Shown here piece by piece: positions 9,312 through 19,202 of a stretch of 64,000 bases of DNA (position 1 is the first letter of the stretch; every line of letters starts with the position of its first letter). The notes under the pieces were generated by a model. That model saw nothing but the letters and a program-made list of their open reading frames with translations, had not been told where the DNA came from and made no database searches. Origin of the DNA: a virus; IMG/VR virus record IMGVR_UViG_3300027908_000021, positions 1 to 64,000 of that record; one strand, given 5' to 3'. The translations under genes and the position numbers were made by a program.

Positions 9312-10000
9312 TGCGGTTTCCTCTGCTGCCTGCGGTCGTTCAACTCTTCACGCTGCCGTTGATATTGTACCGAACCGTTGTAACTTGTGGATTGACCGTG
9401 TTGAGAAATGTCTAAGTCACATGCTGCCTTGAGCATAAAGTTACGCATTTCCCAACTTGACTTCAAACCTTTATATCGCGACATTTCCTCGTTAGCCTTT
9501 ACCAAGTCACGTTGAGCGGTCATCAGCCTTTGAAATGCTACTTTACGTTTCGGATGTGTTTGTACTAAAGCTTCTACGGACGAGTCAGTTAACTTAACGG
9601 GCGGGTTAGGGTTGGTACGAATTTCGATAGCTGCTTCCGCCTCTGCCGTTTTTAAAGCGTCCTTCATTTCATCGCGGACGCACTCTGCCTCATCACGTCT
9701 CGATTCCGCCAGTACAAACCGCTCTGCTACCTGCTGGAAGATGCTCGCCTGTTGGGCGACTTCGTTATTCAAATCATGCAGGTTGATTTGTAACCGTTGC
9801 TCGAAACCGGCTATCTCTACATCGTTGGTTACAGGCTCTACTTGTTTTGGACGGACGTTGGCTACAAAATGTCGGCACGAACCTTTAATGCGGCAATAGC
9901 ACTCAGGGCCGCACGGGCAAACCGCCGGTACTTCGTTCGCGTGTTCGCAAAGAAAAGCACTTCCTGCCTCTGCCGATTTTCTTACTGGTTGTCGATGCAT
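9308..10000 (-). CDS. hypothetical protein (Cys-rich N-terminus, coiled coil)
   Basis: 230-aa ORF with CEH..CPCGPECYC..C followed by a heptad-like region. Confidence 0.4.
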   Translation of the reverse strand: MHRQPVRKSAEAGSAFLCEHANEVPAVCPCGPECYCRIKGSCRHFVANVRPKQVEPVTNDVEIAGFEQRLQINLHDLNNEVAQQASIFQQVAERFVLAESRRDEAECVRDEMKDALKTAEAEAAIEIRTNPNPPVKLTDSSVEALVQTHPKRKVAFQRLMTAQRDLVKANEEMSRYKGLKSSWEMRNFMLKAACDLDISQHGQSTSYNGSVQYQRQREELNDRRQQRKPQ

Positions 10001-10010
10001 ACTAACATCC

Positions 10011-10289
10011 TTATACTTGACGGTAAACGGCGTGCCAGCACCAACACTCTTTCAAAACGATAGCCACACTCACTAAGGCATAAGCCTCATTTTGAAATCC
10101 GACCTTAATCCCAACCGGCCCAAAAGGACTCTTCCATTCGTCACGTAACACCAAAGTAGTCGCATTTGCTGGAATGTCGGCGTAATCTTTCCAAGTGCTT
10201 TTATCGCTGTCCGTGTAGATAAAACCTGCTGTGTCGCTAAACGGTTGCGGTTCCAACGGACGCATTACAGTAAGTTGTCCTGTTTCCAT
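10011..10289 (-). CDS. hypothetical protein
   Basis: The ORF-track start at 10304 is a GTG inside TGTATAAT. ATG 10289 lies 6 nt after the -10 hexamer. Confidence 0.4.
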   Translation of the reverse strand: METGQLTVMRPLEPQPFSDTAGFIYTDSDKSTWKDYADIPANATTLVLRDEWKSPFGPVGIKVGFQNEAYALVSVAIVLKECWCWHAVYRQV

Positions 10290-10295
10290 ATCTCT

Positions 10296-10303
10296 ATTAT
10301 ACA
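10296..10303 (-). promoter_or_regulatory. extended -10 TGTATAAT, candidate leaderless promoter
   Basis: Minus strand reads tgTATAATagagatATG, directly after the terminator hairpin. Confidence 0.4.
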
Positions 10304-10310
10304 CAACGAA

Positions 10311-10340
10311 GAATGCCCGGCTATGTGTTGCCGGGCATTC
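10311..10340 (-). terminator. rho-independent terminator-like hairpin after the helicase gene
   Basis: GAATGCCCGGC-loop-GCCGGGCATTC (11-bp stem) followed on the minus strand by TTCTTCGTTG. Confidence 0.5.
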
Positions 10341-10364
10341 TTTCGCCTTTCTAAATTTTCACGC

Positions 10365-12290
10365 TCATGCCGCCACTGTCGCTTCCTCATCCTTCATAAC
10401 CGGAAGCGTACAACCGCTCATCGCACCGATTACCAAAAGATGTTTAGCGGCTCGACTAGCGGCGACATGGCGGCACGCTGCCGCTTCGTCCCTGTCACCG
10501 TTCCACGTAGCGTTGAATTTATCTACATCATCAACAACTACAACCGCTGCCTCATCGCCCTTGCACCTGTAAACCGTAGACAGCGTTCGGCAAGCTGTTT
10601 TGCTCGCAAAGAATAGGATAAATCGACGGGTGTTGCCGACTGTCAACTTGCCGTCAGTAATTCCAGCCTGTTGCAACAACTCAGGAGTCTTAGTTAACTC
10701 ACCAGCAATTTCAGCAAAGAACCGCTCGAAGCTGTTTGGATCGATTTCCCCGCCTTCCTCATTCTCTGCGGCTTGTTCCATCAAACCCTCAATCGCCTTA
10801 TTCAAAGGCATCTCATACTCACCGTGTTCGTCGCTCCAACCCACAACCGGAGCAATCGCGTTATCTAACGTTCCTTGGAAATCAGAACCACCGCGAAGGC
10901 ACACTTCCGCTTTCGCCCGCAACGTATCTAAAAACATCTTGGCAAGCGGAGCGTTGGTGCGAGTAATCCAAAGTGCGTTGTCGCCTTTCGACAGATTAAG
11001 CCATGCCGACCACGCTTGATGCGTAGAAACCTGAAACGCCGAACCATTGCCGGTCGGACGCGATGAACGAAGAACCGTATTCAATTGCTGGAACGCTCCG
11101 ACGACTTCCGGACAACAACGATGAGTAAGAGTTAGTTGACGCTCAATGGCAGTTTCGCCAGTTAACTCTTTCCAGAGACGGGCGATGAGTTGAAGCGAGC
11201 CACCAAACGCACCACGCCATCCATAAATCGCCTGTCCGGCCTTGTAGCCGTCTTTCCCATGCTCACCCGACTTGTCATCCCCAATAAGGATAATCTCGCC
11301 TGTACGCCACGCCTGAGCAAGAAACAAGGCAATCTGACAAAGGCTCAAGTCCTGTGCTTCGTCGATGACCAAACCCTTCGCTTGCGGAACCTGAATAGCT
11401 TTAATCAATGTGGCAAAATGCCGCACATCTTCGCCGACCCAAACAGCCCCGAGTTGCACAAGTTCCGGTTTGATCGTCCAGTTAAGTTTTGCGACCGCGT
11501 TTTGGACGGGACGGGTAATTTGTTCCTGAATATCGATGGTACCGTCTTGAGCATGAGCAGACAAAGCCAACAACGGCAGGTAATGTGCAACGTGGTCCTC
11601 AAAACCTTCGTACTTCTTAGCCAAACCGGGGAAACGAGCAATCGTAGTGCGGATAATACCGCTCCACGCTTCTCGGTTCTCAGTCGAATTAAACAAGCAA
11701 AGGTCGCGACTGCGTTCGATGATCTGCGGGATAATACCTGCGGGCTGCTTATCTTCTTTCGGAATGCCTGCTGTCATGTCTCGGTAGATACGACGAATCT
11801 TGCCCGCCTCATACTGCTTGTACTGATAACCTTGTGTCCTCGCACCGTAGCCATTGAGCGTAAAAACGTCCGGTACTTGAAGCGGAAGCTTCGACAAAAG
11901 CACATCCTTCGCGTTGACGTTGAACGCCAAAAACGCGAAACCCTCAAGATTTCCGAGCCTTTGGTAAATCGCTTCCGTTGCCCAACTAAGCGTAGTTGTT
12001 TTACCCGTACCCGGACCAGCGTTGATAATCATCGCCCGGCTGCCGCGTACAGTTGGGTTTACCGAAAGATCGGCTCTGATTTGCAACTGCTCATCGGTCG
12101 GGGTTGCGATGACCGGGAATGCTTTGGCACGCTCCACCAGTTTTTTAGTGTACGATCCGGACTTATTCCAGATAACACCGTCGCAAAGGCTCCACTTCTT
12201 GCCATCCCAACGATTGCCGGGCTTGGCACAACGGAAACCTTTTCCAGAACTCATCGGAACGACTTTTGATCCGCATTTCGGGCAATTCAT
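10365..12290 (-). CDS. UvrD/PcrA-like SF1 helicase with an N-terminal zinc ribbon
   Basis: CPKCGS...C N-terminus, Walker A INAGPGTGKTTT, Walker B LVIDEAQDLS, C-terminal STVYRCKGDEA. Confidence 0.8.
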   Translation of the reverse strand: MNCPKCGSKVVPMSSGKGFRCAKPGNRWDGKKWSLCDGVIWNKSGSYTKKLVERAKAFPVIATPTDEQLQIRADLSVNPTVRGSRAMIINAGPGTGKTTTLSWATEAIYQRLGNLEGFAFLAFNVNAKDVLLSKLPLQVPDVFTLNGYGARTQGYQYKQYEAGKIRRIYRDMTAGIPKEDKQPAGIIPQIIERSRDLCLFNSTENREAWSGIIRTTIARFPGLAKKYEGFEDHVAHYLPLLALSAHAQDGTIDIQEQITRPVQNAVAKLNWTIKPELVQLGAVWVGEDVRHFATLIKAIQVPQAKGLVIDEAQDLSLCQIALFLAQAWRTGEIILIGDDKSGEHGKDGYKAGQAIYGWRGAFGGSLQLIARLWKELTGETAIERQLTLTHRCCPEVVGAFQQLNTVLRSSRPTGNGSAFQVSTHQAWSAWLNLSKGDNALWITRTNAPLAKMFLDTLRAKAEVCLRGGSDFQGTLDNAIAPVVGWSDEHGEYEMPLNKAIEGLMEQAAENEEGGEIDPNSFERFFAEIAGELTKTPELLQQAGITDGKLTVGNTRRFILFFASKTACRTLSTVYRCKGDEAAVVVVDDVDKFNATWNGDRDEAAACRHVAASRAAKHLLVIGAMSGCTLPVMKDEEATVAA

Positions 12291-12319
12291 CTTTAGTCCT
12301 TTCGTTTGACTGAAAGTAT

Positions 12320-12347
12320 TCTATACTAAATCAATCGACGAAATCAA
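12320..12347 (-). promoter_or_regulatory. sigma70-type promoter (TTGATT-16-TATAGA) with the shared 5'UTR tcagtcaaacgaaagga
   Basis: Minus strand reads TTGATTtcgtcgattgatttagTATAGAatactttcagtcaaacgaaaggactaaagATG. Confidence 0.5.
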
Positions 12348-12361
12348 CTAAAATACTGAAT

Positions 12362-12823
12362 TTATTGTACTAAATTTTCAGTATGCCGACAAGTTCCCTT
12401 AATAAAACCGATGCAACCTAAAAACTTGCCGCTCTTGCCTTTACGCTCAACTAAAGGCAAACCACAATCAGGACAGGGCCTGGGTACGTCAAATTGCTGT
12501 ATCCTTTTTAGTAAATTATCCTTCCAGCCCGCTACCCGATGTACTCGTTTTGAACCGCCTAAAAGGATCGGTGCTGCCTCTGGCGACTGCCTGTAGAACA
12601 AACTTACGCAAATCGCGTCTTCTCCACAATCTCTACTTTCCCCACCAACAAGACTTGTGTAAACGCGAAGCGATAGAGCAAATTGATCTGATTTAATACG
12701 ACGGGCAAAAACAGCTTCTCTACAGCCACTTACATCGATTTTAGTAAACTTTCCTCCGACAAGGTTATCGTCGGTCAGAAACGCCGTCATTTCGGCTAAC
12801 GATATTGGAGTGAATTTTGCCAT
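12362..12823 (-). CDS. hypothetical protein with a C-terminal topoisomerase-type C4 zinc finger
   Basis: CPDCGLPLVERKGKSGKFLGCIGFIKGTCRH resembles the zf-C4 of topoisomerase I. Confidence 0.5.
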   Translation of the reverse strand: MAKFTPISLAEMTAFLTDDNLVGGKFTKIDVSGCREAVFARRIKSDQFALSLRVYTSLVGGESRDCGEDAICVSLFYRQSPEAAPILLGGSKRVHRVAGWKDNLLKRIQQFDVPRPCPDCGLPLVERKGKSGKFLGCIGFIKGTCRHTENLVQ

Positions 12824-12829
12824 TCCCTT

Positions 12830-12858
12830 ACTTTAGCTAAAAGTTTTAACTAAATCAA
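12830..12858 (-). promoter_or_regulatory. sigma70-type promoter (TTGATT-17-TAAAGT), 6 nt upstream of ATG 12823
   Basis: Minus strand reads aaatttctcTTGATTtagttaaaacttttagcTAAAGTaagggaATG. Confidence 0.4.
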
Positions 12859-12865
12859 GAGAAAT

Positions 12866-13798
12866 TTACTTACATGCTGCATCAATCGCCAGAACCACGT
12901 CCGCAAAACTGTTTACATTCACAAAAGGTTCTCGGAAGGCGTCCAGAATGTCTAAGGCTTTGTTTAACTGATCGCCTCCGCTATTCATTGCGACTTTGGT
13001 AAACCAACTCAACACGATTTGCCGTATCGATTCTGGCGACGTGCCATTCAGTTTTTTCAAAATATCGATCAGCCTCGACCACGATTGACTGCTGCCTAGT
13101 TCTCGGCAGAAATCGGCAACGTCGGGGTTGTCTTCAAGTACAGTTTGCAGCAGTTCCGCTGCCTCTGTTTTGTTCGTGCAACCGCCCACCTTTGCCAGCA
13201 TCGACAAAGCGGAGCGGGGAGAGCCGCCGCACTTTTGGATTATCAACTCTAGAACATCGCCCGTAGTTTCAAGCTTCTCACTATAAGCAACATTGTCCAA
13301 CAAAGCCCTAATGTCACTGTTAGATACGGGGTTTAATTGATACTCCGTACAACGTGTTTTGATCGCCTGCGGTATTTTACCTGCATCGGTAGTACAAAAC
13401 GACCAGTAGGTAAACTCATTCGGTTCCTCTACCGATTTCAGCATCGAAGTAATTGCAGCTTTACTTAAATTTTGGGCCTCATCGATAATCACCATTCGGG
13501 AGCGGTTCTTACCAAGTGTTGAGTAAATCAACCTGCTCAAAACTTGCTGTTCCATTTCATCCTTACCCGTACTACTCGCACCGTCGATTTCAATAATGTT
13601 TCTTGGTTCGCATCCTACCTCTTTAGCTACAATACGGGCTAGGGTGGTCTTGCCTATGCCCGGAATTCCAGTAAACAAAAAGGCATGGCTGGTTCTGTCT
13701 TTCAAGATTTGCTTGAGACTTCTTACAACGCTACCGTGCCCTACAATTTCATCTAGGGTCTGCGGGCGATAACGATTGATTAAAGATTCTGTTTCCAT
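12866..13798 (-). CDS. AAA+ clamp loader subunit (DNA pol III gamma/tau-like)
   Basis: RYRPQTLDEIVGH, FTGIPGIGKTTLARI, VIIDEAQNLS, KTRC (SRC-like). Start set to ATG 13798 (TAATG overlap with the upstream stop) rather than the track start 13879. Confidence 0.75.
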   Translation of the reverse strand: METESLINRYRPQTLDEIVGHGSVVRSLKQILKDRTSHAFLFTGIPGIGKTTLARIVAKEVGCEPRNIIEIDGASSTGKDEMEQQVLSRLIYSTLGKNRSRMVIIDEAQNLSKAAITSMLKSVEEPNEFTYWSFCTTDAGKIPQAIKTRCTEYQLNPVSNSDIRALLDNVAYSEKLETTGDVLELIIQKCGGSPRSALSMLAKVGGCTNKTEAAELLQTVLEDNPDVADFCRELGSSQSWSRLIDILKKLNGTSPESIRQIVLSWFTKVAMNSGGDQLNKALDILDAFREPFVNVNSFADVVLAIDAACK

Positions 13799-14619
13799 TA
13801 CTTCACGCCTTCCTTGTATCCCGCAGCACAACGATGACCACCACCGCCAAAAGCTTTCGCTACTTCTGATACATCCCAACCATCCGATTGCGAGCGTAGC
13901 GAATGTATCTTTTCGCCCTTCTCGTTAATATACCAAATATCCGCGTAAGCACGGTCTTTAGATAAGAGGTTGCCTAACTCTGATTGCATAACGGGAGAGT
14001 TAAGCGTAGGTATTCCGTCAACGAATCGAACGTTCTTAGCTAAACCCTCGGTTAGTTGATTTTGATACCGGAGGATTGCCGACCCTTCCTTTATCAAAGT
14101 CTGCTTATCGAACGTCTCCCACGCCTTAAAGTCTTTTGGATAGGATGCTATCGCCGCACTAATTTCCTTACTATTCTCTAACCACCACTTCCACAAATCC
14201 CTGTCTTCAACATAATCGACTAACCATTTCCAATCAGTTCGATGACTGCGAAAGCTTTCTAGATATTCGTACATCAACCGAGAACCGCACTTAGTTTCGT
14301 CGAAAGTCAACGTGACGTTGCTGCCAACGAATTTGTACTCATCACCTGCTACCGGACTTTTGTACGAATCGATTGCGGTTTTATGATGATCTAGTACAAT
14401 TACCTTTTTAACTTTGCTCGCCAATTCTTGCATCAAATCAGGCGGGTAACTAAAATCGGCAATCAATACCAATTCCGATTCGTCAAACCTCACTTGCGGT
14501 AAGCCTTCCCCGTATTGAGCGGCGATGTACTCCGTACGGCTGTCCTCTGCTTCCCACAACCAAAAGAGAAATGCGGCACAAAACCCGTCCGGACAGTCGC
14601 GATGGTAAATAAGCTTCAT
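13798..14619 (-). CDS. DHH-family phosphoesterase (RecJ/NrnA-like)
   Basis: HRDCPDGFCAA, VLDHHKT, GGGGHRCAAG (DHH and DHHA1 motifs). Confidence 0.75.
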   Translation of the reverse strand: MKLIYHRDCPDGFCAAFLFWLWEAEDSRTEYIAAQYGEGLPQVRFDESELVLIADFSYPPDLMQELASKVKKVIVLDHHKTAIDSYKSPVAGDEYKFVGSNVTLTFDETKCGSRLMYEYLESFRSHRTDWKWLVDYVEDRDLWKWWLENSKEISAAIASYPKDFKAWETFDKQTLIKEGSAILRYQNQLTEGLAKNVRFVDGIPTLNSPVMQSELGNLLSKDRAYADIWYINEKGEKIHSLRSQSDGWDVSEVAKAFGGGGHRCAAGYKEGVK

Positions 14620-14621
14620 AG

Positions 14622-17324
14622 TTAGATTATACTCTTAGCTAAAAGCTCGGGTATCTGCTTCGCTTGGTCGTCAATCTTGTCCGATGAGAACACGCCAACA
14701 AGCTTCTTTTGCCCCCAATTGTAACCGTGCGATACCTCAATTGACCAAGGCACTAACTCAGCGCCAGCAAAACGCACATCGGTCATGATTCGTGCTGCTA
14801 ACTCAATCGCTTTCGCTTCTTTTTCCTTGGGAATGCTGAATGTCGTCAAATCATCGTGAACCGCCAAGCTCGGATAAAACCACGGCATCTTGTTCTTATA
14901 CGAAAACTTGCCCGCTCGATACCACGCATCCATAGTTAAATCGCTGCCTCCCATCTGAATTCCATTATTACAAACTTGCGACTCTGACATAGGACCATGC
15001 CGCCGGGTTCCACCTATACCCTCCACATAGCCTAATTCTTTATACTTCCTCAAAGTCTCGATCTGCCAGACCTTTACTTGCGAGAATTCTTCCCAAAGTT
15101 CGTCGTCTAGTTTTTGCATTACCCTTGCAGGTATATCTAACGATCTGGCACGACTACTAACCGTTGCTCGATAAAAACCAGCAAATACAAATTTACTTTT
15201 TATCAAAGTACGGTATTGCTTGACGGCTTTCGCATCTAAACTACCGAAAAACTTGCGGCAGGAATCCGGCCACGCTTTAATTAACTTCTCAGCCCAAACC
15301 ATGTGAAAATCAAAGCCATCCCGCATGAACTTAATCAAGTTCGGGTCTTTCGACGCTACCGCAATTAATCGTGCCTCTTGTGCCCCAAAATCAGCAAAGA
15401 TAGCTACACAATCTTTTTCGGCTACATATTGTTTTTTTACCAACTCGCCGTCTCTAGGAATGTTCTGCAAAGCCGGATCAACAGAACCGACCCGCTTAGT
15501 TACCATCGCACAATGTTTATAACTCGTATGAGCCTTGCCGTCTGAAAATACATGAGTTTTAGGATGCTTGCTATCCATCCGTTCGAGATACGTACCACCG
15601 ATCTTTTTTACTTCCCTAACCTTTAGCAATGCTGCCGCTACCGGCTCATCGGCCATTTTCGCTAACGTTTCTTCCTTGTAATCAAAACCTTTTCTTGTCT
15701 GTCCTTCCGTCCTGCGTAGCATGTCCCTAAACAAAAGTGTGTTGCATTGTTTCGAGTCTTTATATTCGCCGTACTTTTTCTCAAAATCCCTGATCGCTTT
15801 TGTTTTATGTAATTCAACTATCGCATTCTGTATTCTCTTATCCGTCTGTATCCGTAACGTTTTATTGACTTGTTGACTGACAGGCACGCCGATAACTTGC
15901 CCTATCGCGATCGGTGGAACACGCTTCACCCACTGTAGGTACGCTTCCCATAAGCCGTCATCCTTCAATCGCTGCTTTTGCACGTCGTACAGCTTGTGGC
16001 AGTATTTAGTATCCCTGCCATCATAAGCCAGCACATCGTCAAGGTTAGTATCATCCAACCTGTTTCGATCAATCTCCCCATTGTCGTTCCAGCCCCACAT
16101 GTTTGCTATGCGAGCTTTCACGTCCTTCAAATCCAAGCCAAAGTTTAGTACACAACAGAAATTAAGCGAGATACCAAAACCTTCCTCTTTGCCGTGCGAC
16201 TTGGCCGACTGCCGTTCGTCGATACAGTACGCCATGCCCATCGTGTCATGCCAAAAACTCTCCCATGCCACCGAATCACCATACTCTTTTACCAACCACT
16301 CCAATTCAAACGGAGCGTTATGAGCAACTTTCGGCACTTTACTTATTAAGTAATTGTAGAAGATTTCTCGCAACTTGGCACGTTCCGCTTTCGTCCACGT
16401 TGCTTGCTTATGATCCAACGGAAAAGCGATTGTGTTATCTTTGGTGCCAATTGCGGCAGTTAGTATCTTTGCTCCATCTGCGTAGGGGCGATATCTATTG
16501 GTTTCCAAGTCGATGCCGTTGGTGCGTTCCTTGCTGATTTTGTCTAGAAAATTCCTAATCGCTTCGATACTACGCTTCTCAATCGTAATGCCTTTTAGCG
16601 TTGAAGCTAAATCGGGCGGTTCAATTACTGGTTTAGGTAAACCGTTATCTAAATCTTGAAATACTCTGGCAATGTCGAGTTCAAAATACCGTCGATGCTC
16701 GCTGGCGGGAACTTCTTGGTACTCGTTTGCACTTTCCATCCGTAAGATATGGCTAGGGTGTACTACTGGATAACACCAACAGGTATGACCCCCGATGCTA
16801 GCAGGAAACCGTCTACCCCTTACCGAGTTTATTCCGGCCTTGGCTACCGTTTCGCCCAGACACCACGCCGCAGAAATCGCTCCCACAGCCAATAGGACGC
16901 ACGGAGACGCATCTTTGACGGATTTTTGGACTTCCAGCCTGTAAGGCTCGGTCTCATTCCTTGTAGGCGTTCTGGAACCGTTTCGGAGAGGCGGGAGGGT
17001 ACGGCATACGTTATCAAAGCGATATTTGTAACCAGACGGAAGCAAATTTCGGATCATCTGTCCCGTAGGACCAACAAACGGGCAACCAGCCTCATCCTCT
17101 TTTTGACCGGGGCTTTCTCCACAAATGTAAACATCCGGTTTACTATTACCGGACGGTTGCATGTGTTTAGTTATCGCGTCGGGATTCATCTGCTCTACGG
17201 CGGCAAGCCCCAACGCCTGCAATCTATCGACGGACAAGCTTGATGCGTTTTGTCGGTTGCTCCCCCTCTTTATCTCCGTTCGCGTTTGAAAGAATCCTGT
17301 TTGAAATCCCATTAAACGCCTCAC
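14622..17324 (-). CDS. family-A DNA polymerase with an N-terminal family-4 UDG-like domain and a 3'-5' exonuclease
   Basis: UDG4 motifs VYICGESPGQKEDEAGCPFVGPTGQ and HPSHILR. Exo GIDLETN. Pol motif A ADFGAQEARLIA and motif C AVHDDL. The true start is uncertain (17324, 17312 or 17189). Confidence 0.85.
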   Translation of the reverse strand: MRRLMGFQTGFFQTRTEIKRGSNRQNASSLSVDRLQALGLAAVEQMNPDAITKHMQPSGNSKPDVYICGESPGQKEDEAGCPFVGPTGQMIRNLLPSGYKYRFDNVCRTLPPLRNGSRTPTRNETEPYRLEVQKSVKDASPCVLLAVGAISAAWCLGETVAKAGINSVRGRRFPASIGGHTCWCYPVVHPSHILRMESANEYQEVPASEHRRYFELDIARVFQDLDNGLPKPVIEPPDLASTLKGITIEKRSIEAIRNFLDKISKERTNGIDLETNRYRPYADGAKILTAAIGTKDNTIAFPLDHKQATWTKAERAKLREIFYNYLISKVPKVAHNAPFELEWLVKEYGDSVAWESFWHDTMGMAYCIDERQSAKSHGKEEGFGISLNFCCVLNFGLDLKDVKARIANMWGWNDNGEIDRNRLDDTNLDDVLAYDGRDTKYCHKLYDVQKQRLKDDGLWEAYLQWVKRVPPIAIGQVIGVPVSQQVNKTLRIQTDKRIQNAIVELHKTKAIRDFEKKYGEYKDSKQCNTLLFRDMLRRTEGQTRKGFDYKEETLAKMADEPVAAALLKVREVKKIGGTYLERMDSKHPKTHVFSDGKAHTSYKHCAMVTKRVGSVDPALQNIPRDGELVKKQYVAEKDCVAIFADFGAQEARLIAVASKDPNLIKFMRDGFDFHMVWAEKLIKAWPDSCRKFFGSLDAKAVKQYRTLIKSKFVFAGFYRATVSSRARSLDIPARVMQKLDDELWEEFSQVKVWQIETLRKYKELGYVEGIGGTRRHGPMSESQVCNNGIQMGGSDLTMDAWYRAGKFSYKNKMPWFYPSLAVHDDLTTFSIPKEKEAKAIELAARIMTDVRFAGAELVPWSIEVSHGYNWGQKKLVGVFSSDKIDDQAKQIPELLAKSII
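14626..14631 (-). promoter_or_regulatory. -10 hexamer TATAAT, 6 nt upstream of ATG 14619
   Basis: Minus strand reads gagTATAATctaactATG, inside the last codons of the polymerase gene. Confidence 0.3.
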
Positions 17325-18234
17325 TAAAGAATCCGCCTACAAAACGACTGGGTAACCGTCTTCTTGCACCAACACGCTCTGACGCTATACGCCGTACCGC
17401 TAATTCTTTGTACTCTTTGTTCAAGTCAACGTAAATACTGTTTCTAAGCATTCTTTCCGCAACTAAAGAAACCGTACCAGAACCTCCGAACATGTCCAAC
17501 ACAACATCACCCTTTTTAGTCGAAGACGACAAACACTGAACTACCAACTTCTGAGGAAAAGGTGCTGCATGATTCTCATGCAAAGCTTCCGAACTAATCG
17601 GCCATACAGATCGCAAAGAAGGTGTTGTTTGTTGAAAAAAGTAATCAGACTGCTTAACGAAAAGAAAAATCTGCTCGTGTTGTTTTGTCGGACGATCTTT
17701 GACACTTTCAGGCATTCCACCTACCTTATACCAAATAATCTCCGATCTCAAAATCCAACCAGCTTTTTGTAAAGCCAAGGTTACTTTCCACGGAATCCCT
17801 AGTAAATTTTTCGCTACACCGCCTTTTATCCCCCCAACATAACTAGAACCTAAATTTAACCAGAAAGTACCGTCGCTCCGCAAAACACTCTTCAGTCTAT
17901 CAAAAACACAAACCAAATTCTCTACATACAAATCAACCGAATCTTCTAAGCCAATTTGATTATCAATACGCCGAGCACCGCATTTACCACATACCTTTGA
18001 AAAAGGCATTCCGTGCGTTCGCAACTTCACATGCTCTCCTGAATACCCTTGTAACGTGCTTTTATTGGAACACAAAGGGTCGTTTAAATGATTACAATCA
18101 GCATTACCACCTTCCCATTTACCTAAGTAATCCCGCACACCGTAGTACGGAGGCGACGTGACACAACACTGCACGGAGTTTTCCGGCAACTCATTTAAAA
18201 TCTGTCGGCAATCTCCTACCAACCACTGGATCAT
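17224..18234 (-). CDS. DNA N6-adenine/N4-cytosine methyltransferase
   Basis: Catalytic TSPPYYG and the SAM motif VLDMFGGSGTV. Confidence 0.8.
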   Translation of the reverse strand: MIQWLVGDCRQILNELPENSVQCCVTSPPYYGVRDYLGKWEGGNADCNHLNDPLCSNKSTLQGYSGEHVKLRTHGMPFSKVCGKCGARRIDNQIGLEDSVDLYVENLVCVFDRLKSVLRSDGTFWLNLGSSYVGGIKGGVAKNLLGIPWKVTLALQKAGWILRSEIIWYKVGGMPESVKDRPTKQHEQIFLFVKQSDYFFQQTTPSLRSVWPISSEALHENHAAPFPQKLVVQCLSSSTKKGDVVLDMFGGSGTVSLVAERMLRNSIYVDLNKEYKELAVRRIASERVGARRRLPSRFVGGFFSEAFNGISNRILSNANGDKEGEQPTKRIKLVRR

Positions 18235-19202
18235 TTTTTCACCAACAAAATCCTGTTTGAAATCCCATTACCATTCCCGTTAAAGAATCTTTGTTCCGAC
18301 ATAAAACCCTTGGACTTTAACGCTCGCTCACAGTTTTTTACCGCTGCCGTGTGGTACTCATCTTTTAGCTCGCTTCCGTAACTACGCCTACCTAAACGCA
18401 ACGCACAATAAGGAACCGACCCTATCCCCGCAAACGGATCAAACACTATCTCGCCCGGATCAGAGAATAACCGAATGTAGCGGGTTATCAAATCAAGTTG
18501 TAAAGCACAGATATGTCGTGTATCGTCCTTGCCCTTCCCTTCTCGCACATTAAGCGTATCTGTAGGTCGAATATCCCGCCAACTGGATTCGGCCCACGCA
18601 ATCCAGTCGTTTCTACTAACTTGACCCTTGGAGCATAACTTGACTTGATTTTCTCCCGGTTGCATGAACTTGATTATGTAATCCGCAAGCTCTCCCCTGC
18701 TTCTAGCCCTGTCACTCTCAAGCCCGGCAAACTGAAGTTCTCTGGATCGCGTTCTTAGGGCTTGCATTTGCGGGTTGTGAGAAATCATCCAATCGTACTC
18801 ATAATCAAAACCAGCACGTTTTCCCAATCGAATCAGCAATCCACGAAAATCGATCAAACCCCTTCCTCCCACACGTTTCATATTCGGAATCTGCCAACAA
18901 TGTACTAAAAACACACGTCCCGGCTTAATCACCCTCCGCATTGCATTAAACCAAAAACTCAAGTGTAACTTGCCATCACCGGCAAGGTTCTCACTGTTAC
19001 CTATGTCTTGTTGTGAACTTGTATAAGAAAAAATTGCTGGGAAAGGCGGGCTACAGATTGCCATGTCCACCGAGTGTTTCGGCATTTCATACAAATGAGG
19101 AATCGTATCTCCGTGATAAATTTTATACAACTCTCCAGACTTTAACAAAGGACAGCTCGCCTGTACGCCCGCATCCAAAACTGGATAAGTCAAACGTTGC
19201 AT
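18231..19202 (-). CDS. DNA N6-adenine/N4-cytosine methyltransferase (second, divergent)
   Basis: CSPPFPA and VFDPFAGIGSV. Confidence 0.75.
   Translation of the reverse strand: MQRLTYPVLDAGVQASCPLLKSGELYKIYHGDTIPHLYEMPKHSVDMAICSPPFPAIFSYTSSQQDIGNSENLAGDGKLHLSFWFNAMRRVIKPGRVFLVHCWQIPNMKRVGGRGLIDFRGLLIRLGKRAGFDYEYDWMISHNPQMQALRTRSRELQFAGLESDRARSRGELADYIIKFMQPGENQVKLCSKGQVSRNDWIAWAESSWRDIRPTDTLNVREGKGKDDTRHICALQLDLITRYIRLFSDPGEIVFDPFAGIGSVPYCALRLGRRSYGSELKDEYHTAAVKNCERALKSKGFMSEQRFFNGNGNGISNRILLVKK

Noticed and set aside
11190-12269. 359-aa plus-strand ORF
   Set aside because: It is entirely antisense to the motif-bearing UvrD-like helicase gene. It has no motifs, a biased composition and no promoter or RBS, so it is a shadow ORF.
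13799-13879. N-terminal extensions of ORF-track models (13879, 20776, 29120, 44105, 46318, 48316, 35546)
   Set aside because: The extensions overlap the preceding gene and lack an RBS. Internal ATGs with stop-start overlap or a GAAAGG RBS give starts that match the conserved domain boundaries.
16894-16911. 18-nt exact repeat AGGACGCACGGAGACGCA shared with intergenic 29304..29321
   Set aside because: It is the same orientation (no antisense pairing) and a single pair. A rough expectation for an 18-mer match in a 64-kb window on two strands is of order 0.1, so chance cannot be excluded. No associated structure was seen.
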